Of a stretch of 64,000 nt of DNA, positions 46,044 through 56,109 are shown in pieces. The translations under genes were made by a program, and so were the position numbers. The stretch lies in NCBI GenBank assembly GCA_045401115.1, contig CP174359.1, positions 419,247 to 483,246 on the forward strand. Reading direction: 5' to 3'. Position 1 is the stretch's first letter. Each line of letters opens with the position of its first letter. The notes below the pieces were generated by a model, which saw nothing but the letters and a program-made list of their open reading frames with translations, did no database searches and had not been told where the DNA came from. Source of the DNA: Candidatus Phycocordibacter aenigmaticus. GTDB taxonomy: Bacteria > Patescibacteriota > Minisyncoccia > Phycocordibacterales > Phycocordibacteraceae.

Positions 46044-47477
46044 ATGCCATTTTTCAAAAAGAAAGATTCTACTCCGCCTATTACGCTTTTTAATACGCGC
46101 TCAAAGGAAAAAGAAACTTTTAAGTCAATCACTGCCGGTAAAGTAAAAATGTATACCTGTGGCTCAACGGTGTACGACTATGCGCATATTGGGAATCTGC
46201 GCGCGGCGATATTCCCTGATATTATTCGTCGCGTATTTGAGTACGCGGGGTACGAGGTGAAGTCAGTACTTAATATTACCGACTTTGGGCACCTTGCGGA
46301 CGAAACGGACGATTTGAGTGAAGACAAAATGTCTCTTGCAGTAAAACGAGAGGGAAGGGAATTAACCATGGAGAATATGCTCTCTGTCGCCGGTGAATTT
46401 ATGCATGCATATCAGGACGATTTGCGTGAGTTGAATGTTAAAAATTTTCATGCGATGCCCCGCGCTTCTGAACATGTGCGCGGTATGGTTGCATATATTG
46501 AGGAGCTTTTGCATAAAGATTTTGCCTACACAACATCAGATGGCATTTATTTTGATACAGCAAAATTTCCGCATTATGGATGTCTTGGTGGCTCAAGTTC
46601 CACTGAACATTCACGTGTTGGAGTGCTAAAAGAAAAACATAACCCAGAAGATTTTGCGCTCTGGAAGTTTAATGATTCATTTGGATGGGATGCGCCGTGG
46701 GGGAAAGGTTTCCCGGGGTGGCATATAGAGTGTGTTGCTATGAGTACTCAATACCTTGGTAAAACATTTGATATTCATGCTGGTGGCATCGATCTTATTC
46801 CTATCCATCATAATAATGAAATTGCAGAAGCTGAAGCGGCAAACAATAAACCATACGCGCATTACTGGATGCATAATGAATTTATTACGATTGGAGGACA
46901 AAAGATATCAAAATCGCTTGGTAATACCATCACGTTAAAGCAGCTTGTTGATAGAGGAATTAGTCCACTTGCGTTCAGGTACTGGCTTTTGACGGGCCAC
47001 TATCGACAAAAAATGAATTTTACGTGGGACGCCATTGAGGCTGCGCAGACAGCGCTTACCCGTGCATGGCGCACATTCACTGAATTAAAAGGGGATGGTG
47101 AACCTGATACAGATTTTATACAAAAATTTGAAGACTCATTATATGACGATTTTAATACCGCGGAAGCGGTTGCAGTGTTGTGGGAGACTTTAAAAGACTC
47201 CACTATTGCTGATGGTGTTAAAAAAGCAACTATTTTAAAAATGGATACGGTACTCGGTGTCGGATTTGGTAGAGCAGCATTGCGACTTGAAAAGACAAAG
47301 GTAGCTGTTCTTGAAGGAGATGAGATTCCGGAGAAAGTACAAGAATTGATTGATGAACGTGAAGCGGCACGCAATATGAAAGATTTTGCAAAAGCAGACA
47401 ATTTACGTGAAGAAATTAAAAAAGCAGGATTTGAGGTTCATGATTCGTCAAATGGACCTGTGATTAACCGTATCTAG
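46044..47477 (+). CDS. cysS: cysteine--tRNA ligase
   Basis: HIGH (YDYAHIGN), KMSKS (KISKSLGN), Zn-binding Cys; start set at MPFFKKK (46044) because the upstream part of the ORF contains a terminator hairpin. Confidence 0.85.
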   Translation: MPFFKKKDSTPPITLFNTRSKEKETFKSITAGKVKMYTCGSTVYDYAHIGNLRAAIFPDIIRRVFEYAGYEVKSVLNITDFGHLADETDDLSEDKMSLAVKREGRELTMENMLSVAGEFMHAYQDDLRELNVKNFHAMPRASEHVRGMVAYIEELLHKDFAYTTSDGIYFDTAKFPHYGCLGGSSSTEHSRVGVLKEKHNPEDFALWKFNDSFGWDAPWGKGFPGWHIECVAMSTQYLGKTFDIHAGGIDLIPIHHNNEIAEAEAANNKPYAHYWMHNEFITIGGQKISKSLGNTITLKQLVDRGISPLAFRYWLLTGHYRQKMNFTWDAIEAAQTALTRAWRTFTELKGDGEPDTDFIQKFEDSLYDDFNTAEAVAVLWETLKDSTIADGVKKATILKMDTVLGVGFGRAALRLEKTKVAVLEGDEIPEKVQELIDEREAARNMKDFAKADNLREEIKKAGFEVHDSSNGPVINRI

Positions 47478-47536
47478 TGCTCTTACTTTATTTCTGCTAA
47501 CCTGTAGAAAGACGTTTATAAAAAATAATTACATCT

Positions 47537-48070
47537 ATGTCGATACAAAAAAACACAAGTATTGCTATTATTCTCGCACTCATTGTGGTGGCAATTTTTA
47601 TTGGGTTAGGTTTCTTTGTATTTCCTGGGTCTAACACCGACGCAGAAAATAGAGGAAACGCGCAAGCGCTTTTAGATGAGTTGCAACAAACAGGAACAGT
47701 CACTGAACTCAAAATGCAAAACATTGTCTCAGGCAATGGTGAAGAGGCAGAAGCTGGCGATGTGGTAGTGGTGCACTACACTGGAGTGCTTCCTGATGGA
47801 ACTGTTTTTGATTCTTCACATAACCGTGGCGAACCGTTTATTTTTGAACTCGGCGCAGGTCAGGTTATAGAAGGGTGGGAACGAGGAGTGAGCGGTATGC
47901 AAGTTGGTGGTCGAAGGCTTCTAGTTATACCACCAGAACTTGGTTACGGAGCGACTGCCGTAGGACCAATCCCTGCAAACGCAACACTAATTTTTGATGT
48001 TGAGCTACTTCAAATTCTTTCATCTGAAGCACGTGAACAACAAGCAGAAGTGAATCTAGAATCTCAATAG
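47537..48070 (+). CDS. membrane-anchored FKBP-type peptidyl-prolyl cis-trans isomerase
   Basis: N-terminal TM; FKBP core GDVVVVHYTGVLPDGTVFDSS...GAGQVIEGWERGVSGMQVGGRRLLVIPPELGYG. Confidence 0.75.
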   Translation: MSIQKNTSIAIILALIVVAIFIGLGFFVFPGSNTDAENRGNAQALLDELQQTGTVTELKMQNIVSGNGEEAEAGDVVVVHYTGVLPDGTVFDSSHNRGEPFIFELGAGQVIEGWERGVSGMQVGGRRLLVIPPELGYGATAVGPIPANATLIFDVELLQILSSEAREQQAEVNLESQ

Positions 48071-48073
48071 CAT

Positions 48074-49318
48074 ATGAGCGCTTCGGCTCCTCAGGGCCCT
48101 TTGCAATTTTCTATTACACACGCGATCCCGGAAGGGGCGCGTGTTGGTCGTATCACGACTCCTCATGGGTCTTTTGACACGCCGGCTTTTTGTTCAGTCG
48201 GTACTAAAGGAACAATAAAGGCGATACTACCAAAAGACTTGCATGAGATTGCAGAAAGTCCTGTGGCGCTTGCTAATACCTACCATCTTTTTTTACAACC
48301 AGGACATGATGTCGTTCAAGAGGCAGGTGGTCTACATGCTTTTATGGGTTGGGATGGTCCTTTGGTAACTGATTCAGGTGGTTTTCAAGTTTTTTCTCTT
48401 GGTGTTGGATTTGATAAAAGCGAGTCAAAATTTGCTTCTGGTGAAACTAAAACAGCGGACGCCGGGAAATTGCCACAAATATATGATGAGAGTATAAAGA
48501 CTCAACATGGGAAGTTAGCCATTATTGATGAGGAAGGAGTATCGTTTACTTCGCATATTGATGGTACGCTGTACCGTTTTACCCCAGAGCGCAGTGTTGA
48601 AATTCAACACGCGCTTGGTGCGGATATTTTTTTTGTGTTTGATGAGTGTACTGCGCCAAGCGCAGACTACGCGTATCAAAAAGAAGCTGCTGATCGTACA
48701 CACCGATGGGCACAACGGTGTTTGGTGACTCATCAGAATAATAGCGTCGCACGTAAGAAACAAGCTCTGTTTGGGATTGTACAAGGTGGGCGTTATCCAG
48801 ATTTGCGCACGTGGAGCGCAGAGACTGTAGGCGCGATGGATTTTGATGGTTTCGGCATTGGCGGGTCATTTTCGAAAGCTGATCTTGGTGAAGCGCTCTC
48901 TTCAGCTATCACCCCATTACCGAAAGAAAAACCGCGACACTTACTTGGTATTGGAGAGCCTGAAGATTTATTTGAAGGAGTAGCACATGGTATTGATATG
49001 TTTGATTGTGTACAACCAACTCGCATGGGACGCATGGGAGTGCTTTACACTGCAGACGGTAAGATAAATCTTAATAAAGCAAAATATACACGTGACTTTA
49101 CCCCGCTTGATACTGCAACTGGTGGGTACGCATCGGAACATTTTACACGCGCATATCTGGCGCATCTATTCCGTGCAAACGAGATGCTCGCCGCAACTAT
49201 TGCTTCACTACACAACCTCTATTTTATAAATCGTCTGATGCAGGATATGCGCACTGCAATTATAGACGGTACATTTAACGAATTTCGCGCTGAATTCCTT
49301 AGTAGGTATCGTGGCTGA
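48074..49318 (+). CDS. tgt: queuine/guanine tRNA-ribosyltransferase family protein
   Basis: LVTDSGGFQVFSLG, catalytic Asp region, (beta/alpha)8 TGT fold; canonical CxCxxC Zn site not obvious. Confidence 0.75.
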   Translation: MSASAPQGPLQFSITHAIPEGARVGRITTPHGSFDTPAFCSVGTKGTIKAILPKDLHEIAESPVALANTYHLFLQPGHDVVQEAGGLHAFMGWDGPLVTDSGGFQVFSLGVGFDKSESKFASGETKTADAGKLPQIYDESIKTQHGKLAIIDEEGVSFTSHIDGTLYRFTPERSVEIQHALGADIFFVFDECTAPSADYAYQKEAADRTHRWAQRCLVTHQNNSVARKKQALFGIVQGGRYPDLRTWSAETVGAMDFDGFGIGGSFSKADLGEALSSAITPLPKEKPRHLLGIGEPEDLFEGVAHGIDMFDCVQPTRMGRMGVLYTADGKINLNKAKYTRDFTPLDTATGGYASEHFTRAYLAHLFRANEMLAATIASLHNLYFINRLMQDMRTAIIDGTFNEFRAEFLSRYRG

Positions 49319-49430
49319 GTGTCGTGGGGAAAACACATCAGAATCAGTAACCTTCTACTATACTGATAAGTATAGTAGGTAGAGGACATACATTCTGTGA
49401 TCTCTGTATAACCTATGAAATAAAAGATAT

Positions 49431-49550
49431 ATGAGTCGTGAACGTTGCAGTATTCACCCTGAATCAAGAGAATGTCCTGGTGGACATTGTAATCCTGGGA
49501 ATAAAGACAGCGAGGGAAGATGTTGGGATTGTCAGGTAAGCTGCTATTAA
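49431..49550 (+). CDS. candidate Cys-rich micro-protein (39 aa: MSRERCSIHPESRECPGGHCNPGNKDSEGRCWDCQVSCY)
   Basis: Unannotated ATG-to-TAA frame in 320-nt intergenic region upstream of uvrB; 6 Cys incl. CxxC; no homolog known. Confidence 0.2.
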   Translation: MSRERCSIHPESRECPGGHCNPGNKDSEGRCWDCQVSCY

Positions 49551-49635
49551 TTTCGTTATAATAGATTACCTTCGCTGTAGTTATAGTATTAGTTAATACG
49601 CCCTTTTAGGGTGTTTTTTGTTATAGTGCAGGGTA

Positions 49636-51699
49636 ATGGCAAACCCTTTTAAATTACACTCTGAATACAAACCGGCTGGTGACCAACCAGGGGCAATTAA
49701 AGCGCTCACTGCGGGAGTAAAGAAGGGTGAGCGTCATCAGACTCTGCTTGGTGTGACTGGCTCTGGTAAGACATTCACCGGAGCAAATGTGATACAGAAC
49801 ATAGGCAAGCCGACCTTAGTTATTGCACACAATAAAACATTAGCGGCACAACTTACGCAAGAGTATCGTGAGTTCTTTCCTGAAAACGCCGTGCACTACT
49901 TTGTGTCGTACTATGACTATTACCAACCGGAGGCATATGTGCCGCACTCAGATACGTATATTGAAAAAGAGGCACAGATTAACGCAGAAATTGATCGTCT
50001 ACGCCATGCTTCTACACAGGCTCTATTAACGCGGGACGATGTAATTATTGTGGCATCAGTATCGTGTATCTATGGTTTAGGTTCGCCTGATGAGTATGAA
50101 AAAGTGCATCGTAAGGTCACAGTGGGTGAGAGCTTTGAACGCGCTGAGTTCATTCGTTTCCTTATTGGTTTGTACTTTGAGCGTACTAATGCCGACCTTA
50201 CTCCGGGAACATTTCGTGCAGTGGGGAATCAAATTGAGGTAATGCCAGTTAATGAAACAATTATCTACCGTATTACCCCCGAAGCCGGGCATATCAGACA
50301 TATCAGTAAAATTGACGCGGTAAGTCGCAGTATTATTGATGAACCAGATGTGTTTTACCTCTTCCCCGCAAAACACTATGTGACTCCTGAAAGCGAACGA
50401 GAAGAAGCGCTGGCTGATATTGAACGTGAGCTCGAAGCGCAACTCAAAGCACTGACTGATTCAGGAAAAATATTAGAAGCAGATCGACTTAAACGTCGTA
50501 CGCGTTATGACATCGCGCTTATTAGAGAGATTGGCTATTGTAACGGTATTGAAAATTATTCTCGCCACTTTGACCGGCGGAAAGTAGGTGAGCCACCATA
50601 CACGCTTTTGTCATACTTTCCTCATAAAGCGGATGGTACTCCTGACTTCCTGACTATTATTGACGAGTTGCATGTGACTATACCGCAACTCTCAGCTATG
50701 TATGCTGGTGACCAGGCGCGTAAAAAAACACTCGTTGAGTACGGATTCCGCCTACCGTCCGCAGCAGATAACCGTCCACTCATGTTTAATGAGATCCAAG
50801 ACCGCCTCGGTACGACTATTTATACGAGTGCGACTCCAGGACCATTTGAACTGGAGCATTCAGGAAAACCTGTCGAACAAATTATTCGCCCTACTGGTCT
50901 TATTGATCCGGAAATAATAATTCGTCCGGTCACGGGCGCAGGTGCGACTGATACGGAAACACATAAAGGTCAAGTTGAAGATTTTATAGAAGAGACAGAG
51001 AAAGTCGTAAAAGGTGGCGGACGTGTGTTGGTTACTACGCTCACTAAAAAAATGGCAGAAGACCTTTCCGAGTTTTTACAGGCTAGAGGAGTCAAATCTG
51101 AGTATATTCATTCAGATATTAAAACTATAGAACGTATCGATATTCTAACCGCATTTCGTAGAGGAACGTTTGACTGTCTCGTAGGTGTTAACTTGCTTCG
51201 TGAAGGACTCGACCTACCTGAGGTTGAGCTCGTTGGTATCTTAGATGCCGACAAAGAAGGGTTCCTACGCTCTGAAACGAGTCTTATTCAAACCATGGGC
51301 CGCGCGGCACGTAACGTGCAGGGCCGGGTCATTCTATACGCTGATCAAATGACTGGTTCACTTGAACGAGCTATTGCTGAGACTGAACGACGACGTGAAA
51401 TTCAATTGGCATACAATAAAGAGCACGGCATCACACCGCAAACCATTAAAAAGAATATTAGCGATATTACTGCCTCGCTTAGGAAAGACCGTGATCGTGC
51501 AACAGCGCTTGCGCTTGCAGTTGAAATGGCTGATGCAGAAAGTCCGAAAGCGCTCCGGGAACTCTTAAAAGAGAAACGTTCGGAAATGGAGCTTGCGGTA
51601 CAATCACTTGATTTTGAAACTGCCGCGATTCTTCGTGATGAGATTTATAAGCTTGAAGATATGACATCTAAGAAGGACACATTTAAGAAAAAGAAATAA
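49636..51699 (+). CDS. uvrB: excinuclease ABC subunit B
   Basis: GVTGSGKTFT, helicase motifs, beta-hairpin, C-terminal UVR domain (LDFETAAILRDEIYKL). Confidence 0.9.
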   Translation: MANPFKLHSEYKPAGDQPGAIKALTAGVKKGERHQTLLGVTGSGKTFTGANVIQNIGKPTLVIAHNKTLAAQLTQEYREFFPENAVHYFVSYYDYYQPEAYVPHSDTYIEKEAQINAEIDRLRHASTQALLTRDDVIIVASVSCIYGLGSPDEYEKVHRKVTVGESFERAEFIRFLIGLYFERTNADLTPGTFRAVGNQIEVMPVNETIIYRITPEAGHIRHISKIDAVSRSIIDEPDVFYLFPAKHYVTPESEREEALADIERELEAQLKALTDSGKILEADRLKRRTRYDIALIREIGYCNGIENYSRHFDRRKVGEPPYTLLSYFPHKADGTPDFLTIIDELHVTIPQLSAMYAGDQARKKTLVEYGFRLPSAADNRPLMFNEIQDRLGTTIYTSATPGPFELEHSGKPVEQIIRPTGLIDPEIIIRPVTGAGATDTETHKGQVEDFIEETEKVVKGGGRVLVTTLTKKMAEDLSEFLQARGVKSEYIHSDIKTIERIDILTAFRRGTFDCLVGVNLLREGLDLPEVELVGILDADKEGFLRSETSLIQTMGRAARNVQGRVILYADQMTGSLERAIAETERRREIQLAYNKEHGITPQTIKKNISDITASLRKDRDRATALALAVEMADAESPKALRELLKEKRSEMELAVQSLDFETAAILRDEIYKLEDMTSKKDTFKKKK

Positions 51700-51739
51700 A
51701 ATTGCTTTAAGAGAGGTATTATTATACATTTGAATCAAT

Positions 51740-51874
51740 ATGGAAGGATCTTATAAACCTCGTGTGTGTGGGTGTTCTTGTGGCTGTCGTTTGGTATTTG
51801 TCAGCTCTGAAACAATTTGTCCTAAGTGTAGGAATGATGAATGTATTCCTTCTCCGTTTGGATCACACCCTTAG
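51740..51874 (+). CDS. candidate Cys-rich micro-protein (44 aa: MEGSYKPRVCGCSCGCRLVFVSSETICPKCRNDECIPSPFGSHP)
   Basis: Unannotated frame in 250-nt gap between uvrB and uvrA; CGCSCGC + CPKC motifs suggest Zn-ribbon-like peptide. Confidence 0.2.
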   Translation: MEGSYKPRVCGCSCGCRLVFVSSETICPKCRNDECIPSPFGSHP

Positions 51875-51951
51875 GATATACTCTAAAAAAGATCATACAC
51901 AAGAATATTCTTTAAGGCTTTTGTGCTACTATAGGTCAACCTACCGCCCAC

Positions 51952-54633
51952 GTGGCTGGCGAATTTGTATATATGACTGCAAAAAACGATAAAAACAAAA
52001 CAAATGAAGCCGATCTTGGCACCGATAAAATAGTAATTCGGGGAGCAAAGACACATAATTTGAAGAACGTTACGCTTGAGATACCTCGTAATAAGATGGT
52101 GGTTTTTACCGGACTATCAGGTTCCGGAAAATCATCGCTCGCGTTTGACACTATTTTTGCGGAAGGGCAACGAAGGTATGTTGAAAGTCTCTCTGCCTAT
52201 GCTCGTCAATTTTTAAACCAAATGCAGAAGCCCGACGTTGAAGAGATTACTGGACTCTCACCGGCTATTTCAATTGATCAAAAGTCGCGATCCAACAACC
52301 CACGCTCAACAGTGGCGACTATTACCGAAATTTATGATTACTTACGTATTCTTTATGCACGTATTGGCCAGCCCTATTGTCTGAACGATGACGTAGCTAT
52401 TGAAAAACTTTCAAAAGAAGAGATTCTTAAAATTATTCTTCGTTCAATTAAAACAGTTGATTTAAAAAAGAGTGATAAGCGCATTAAAGGAACTACCTAC
52501 AACACGCTTCGTATAAAAGTGCTTTCTCCAGTCGTAGTGGGGCGAAAGGGTGAATATTATCAACTGCTCTACGACCTTCTTGGTAAGGGGTTTGAAACAG
52601 TGATTGTTGATGGAAAAGAGTATTCACTGCGTGATCGTATTGAGCTTGATAAAAAGAAGCGTCATGATATTTCAGTGGTGGTTGATGAGATTTTTCTTAC
52701 CGAATTTGAAAGCGCTCCCAAAGATGCCGAGGAACGTCTCAGTGAAGCAGTTGAATTAGCGCTTCGTGAATCAGAAGGACTAGTGAGTATTGTAAATCCC
52801 GAAGGGGAGGAGCGAATGCTTTCAGCCAAGTTTATCTGCCCGATTGATGGTTCGTCTTTTCCGGAAGTAGAGCCACGTCTCTTTTCATTTAACTCTCCAT
52901 ATGGTGCGTGTCCGGAGTGTAACGGGCTCGGTACGGTAGGGTTTTTCGATCTTGATGAGTGTCCGGTCTGTGCCGGTGCGCGCCTACGACCCGAAGCGCT
53001 CCGTATTTTTCTCGGAGGGAGTACGACCACTGGTGATAAAAAGTTAGGTAATGAAGTACAACACCCATTAGGGTTGAATATTGTTAATCTCACTCAGCTT
53101 TCTATTGTCGAGGCACAGGAGTTTATTGCTGGTCTTACTTTGACCAAGAAGCAACAGGAAATTTCTAATACGGTGGTGAACGAAATTCTCAACCGTTTGC
53201 AGTTTATGATTGATGTAGGCATTGGCTACCTTACACTTGATCGTACCGCAAACACACTTTCAGGTGGAGAGGCACAACGCATTCGTCTGGCGAGTCAGTT
53301 AGGAAGTGGACTTGTTGGTGCGCTGTACGTGCTTGATGAACCAACTATTGGGTTGCATCAAAAAGACAATGACCGCCTTATTCAAACACTCACCACGTTA
53401 CGTGATTTAGGTAACACTATTATTGTAGTTGAGCATGATGAGGATACTATTTACGCGTCAGACTTTATTGTTGATATTGGGCCCGGTGCCGGCGTACATG
53501 GCGGGGAAGTAGTTGTTGCTGGTTGGTTGGATACCTTGCTCACTGCAAAAACAAACCCAAGTGGTTCTTCAACACTGGCATATTTACGAAGAGAAAAAGA
53601 AATAGCTGTTCCTACTGAATGGCGAACAGAAGATAAAGGTGCTTTAAAAGTCCGTGGCGGTGAGAAGTTTAATATTGTTGGAATGGATGTTGATGTACCA
53701 CTCGGCAGATTTATCGGTGTTACTGGTGTATCTGGTTCAGGAAAATCAACGTTTGTGTATGAATTGTTGCATAAGAATCTGCGTGCAAAATTGGAAAAGC
53801 GCTACCGTACCACAAAGACGTATAATGTAAAAAGTTTTTCAGGCGCCGAAAGTCTTTCTCGCGTCGTGCTTATTGATCAGTCCCCAGTGGGGCGTACACC
53901 ACGTTCGAATCCGGCAACATATACCGGGGCGTTTACCCACATTCGTGATTTGTTTGCTGCAACTGCTGAGGCGCGAGCGCGTGGGTGGAAGCCAGGCAGG
54001 TTTTCATTTAACGTGAAGGGAGGCCGATGTGAAGCGTGTCAGGGTAATGGCGTGCAGGCCATTGAAATGCATTTCTTACCGACCGTGCACGTAACATGTG
54101 ATGTGTGTAATGGTACACGATTCATGAAAGAGACTCTCGAGGTGTTGTATAAGAAAAAGAATATCCATGATGTGTTGCGTATGACTGTAGAGGAGGCATT
54201 GGAATTTTTCAATGATATTCCTGCTGTGGCTGATCGTCTACAAACTCTTTATAACGTAGGATTGGGCTATCTTGAACTCGGACAAAGTGCTACCACACTC
54301 TCTGGCGGAGAAGCACAACGTGTGAAAATTTCTTCTGAGCTGTACCGACGTCATACGGAAAAAACTATTTACCTTCTTGATGAGCCAACGGTCGGCCTTC
54401 ACTATGATGATGTGGCAAAACTTATTGAAATTCTTCAGTCACTGGTAAACAAAGGAAACACAGTACTCACTATTGAGCATAACCTCGATTTACTTAAATG
54501 CACCGACTATTTGATTGATATCGGCCCTGGCGGGGGAATTGATGGTGGTAAAATAGTTGCTAAAGGCACACCTGAGGACGTGGCTAAAACAAAAGGTTCG
54601 GCAACCGGGGAGTATTTAAAAAAAATTCTTTAA
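51952..54633 (+). CDS. uvrA: excinuclease ABC subunit A
   Basis: Two ABC modules (GLSGSGKSSL; GVSGSGKST), Zn-finger Cys pairs, signature LSGGEAQR x2; start likely MTAKND at 51973. Confidence 0.9.
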   Translation: MAGEFVYMTAKNDKNKTNEADLGTDKIVIRGAKTHNLKNVTLEIPRNKMVVFTGLSGSGKSSLAFDTIFAEGQRRYVESLSAYARQFLNQMQKPDVEEITGLSPAISIDQKSRSNNPRSTVATITEIYDYLRILYARIGQPYCLNDDVAIEKLSKEEILKIILRSIKTVDLKKSDKRIKGTTYNTLRIKVLSPVVVGRKGEYYQLLYDLLGKGFETVIVDGKEYSLRDRIELDKKKRHDISVVVDEIFLTEFESAPKDAEERLSEAVELALRESEGLVSIVNPEGEERMLSAKFICPIDGSSFPEVEPRLFSFNSPYGACPECNGLGTVGFFDLDECPVCAGARLRPEALRIFLGGSTTTGDKKLGNEVQHPLGLNIVNLTQLSIVEAQEFIAGLTLTKKQQEISNTVVNEILNRLQFMIDVGIGYLTLDRTANTLSGGEAQRIRLASQLGSGLVGALYVLDEPTIGLHQKDNDRLIQTLTTLRDLGNTIIVVEHDEDTIYASDFIVDIGPGAGVHGGEVVVAGWLDTLLTAKTNPSGSSTLAYLRREKEIAVPTEWRTEDKGALKVRGGEKFNIVGMDVDVPLGRFIGVTGVSGSGKSTFVYELLHKNLRAKLEKRYRTTKTYNVKSFSGAESLSRVVLIDQSPVGRTPRSNPATYTGAFTHIRDLFAATAEARARGWKPGRFSFNVKGGRCEACQGNGVQAIEMHFLPTVHVTCDVCNGTRFMKETLEVLYKKKNIHDVLRMTVEEALEFFNDIPAVADRLQTLYNVGLGYLELGQSATTLSGGEAQRVKISSELYRRHTEKTIYLLDEPTVGLHYDDVAKLIEILQSLVNKGNTVLTIEHNLDLLKCTDYLIDIGPGGGIDGGKIVAKGTPEDVAKTKGSATGEYLKKIL

Positions 54634-54648
54634 GAGTATTACATTATT

Positions 54649-54689
54649 AAAAAATAAACGGCTCAGTGCACTGAGCCGTTTATTTTTTT
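54649..54689. terminator. terminator hairpin of AAACGGCTCA..TGAGCCGTTT family
   Basis: AAAAAATAAACGGCTCAGTGCACTGAGCCGTTTATTTTTTT. Confidence 0.7.
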
Positions 54690-54780
54690 AATTCCTCCCC
54701 TTTAGCCCACTCCTTTTGGTCAAAGCCCGGGTTTTGACCAAAAAAGTGAGATTTTTATTCATCTGACAGGTTGGTATAGT

Positions 54781-56020
54781 GTGGAAGTGAAGAAAAAAGA
54801 TATAGACTTTACCACTCTTCCTGATTCCCCAGGAGTATACCAATTTATAGGTCCTGAAAAAAGAGGTATTGTATGTCGGGAAGGCAACGTCACTACGCGA
54901 TCGAGTGAAGAGTTATTTTGTGTCCGGTATCGCTGAGGTACGTAGTCCACTTATTGCTAAGATTGTGGACGATGCGGTAGCGATTAAAACAGAAGAAACT
55001 GAATCAGTACTGGAAGCGCTTATTCTTGAAGCAAAGCGCATTAAACAATACGAGCCAGTAGGGAATACAGTTCAGAAGGATAATAAAAGCTGGAGCTACT
55101 TGGTGATCACGAACGAAAAATTTCCACGGGTATTAGTGGCACGTGAGCGTGAACTTAACACAAAATTTTCTTCAGCGATCATTAAAGAGTTATTCGGGCC
55201 ATTTCCTAGTGTTGGTACGTTGCGCGAAGCACTCAAAATCGTTCGTAAAATATTCCCATTTTTTGACACTCCGTTTCCATTGGATAGTACGTTTTCAAAA
55301 GCGCATGAAAAAACAGTGCGTTTTAACCAGTCAATTGGTTTGTATCCGAAAGAATGTAATGAAAAGGAATATAAGAAAACAATTCGCGCTATTATCGATC
55401 TTTTTTCTGGTCGCAAACAAACATTGATAAGGCGGTTAGAAAAAGAAATGCATCGAGCTGCAAAGCAGGAAGAATTTGAAAAAGCGCATGTGTTAAAAAG
55501 ACAAGTATTTGCACTACAGCATATTCAAGACATCACGCTCATTAAAGATGAGTTGCGTGCTCCCACAACAGCTACGTTTCGTGTTGAAGCATACGATGTG
55601 GCACACTTACGCGGCGAAGCCCCTCGTGGTGTCATGACTGTGATTATTGATGGTGAACCCGTTACGAGCGAGTATCGCACATTTACTATTCGATCCGCAG
55701 CACCAGGTGATGATTATGCGGCACTAGATGAGGTAATTACACGACGCGCTAAACATACTGAATGGCCGTTTCCGCAATTGGTGGTTATTGACGGTGGACG
55801 TGGACACTTAAACCGAGCGAAGAAAACACTCACTGATAATGGTGTAACTGCTCCAGTTGTTTCGGTGGTGAAAGATGAAAAACATCGACCAAGAGAGATA
55901 CTTGGCTCACCAAAAATAGTACATACACACGAAGCTTCTATTCTACGTGCCAATAATGAAGCACATCGTTTTGCTATTGGAAAGCACCGAAAAGCCTTAA
56001 GAAAGAGACGTTTTAGTTAA
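54781..56020 (+). CDS. uvrC: excinuclease ABC subunit C, short form, with apparent +1 frameshift in an A6 tract (54857-54862)
   Basis: Upstream frame encodes LPDSPGVYQFIGPEK; downstream frame (TTG 54869) encodes LYVGKATSLRDRVKSYF; removing one A restores GIY-YIG consensus GPEKEVLYVGKA; UVR domain and RNaseH-like C-terminal part present. Confidence 0.6.
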
Positions 56021-56109
56021 TATTTTTTCACCACATAGGGTTGTAGATAACATTTTGAGGTGATTTAAGCATGATATATTTAATGTATTAGGAGTATTTT
56101 TATATAGCA

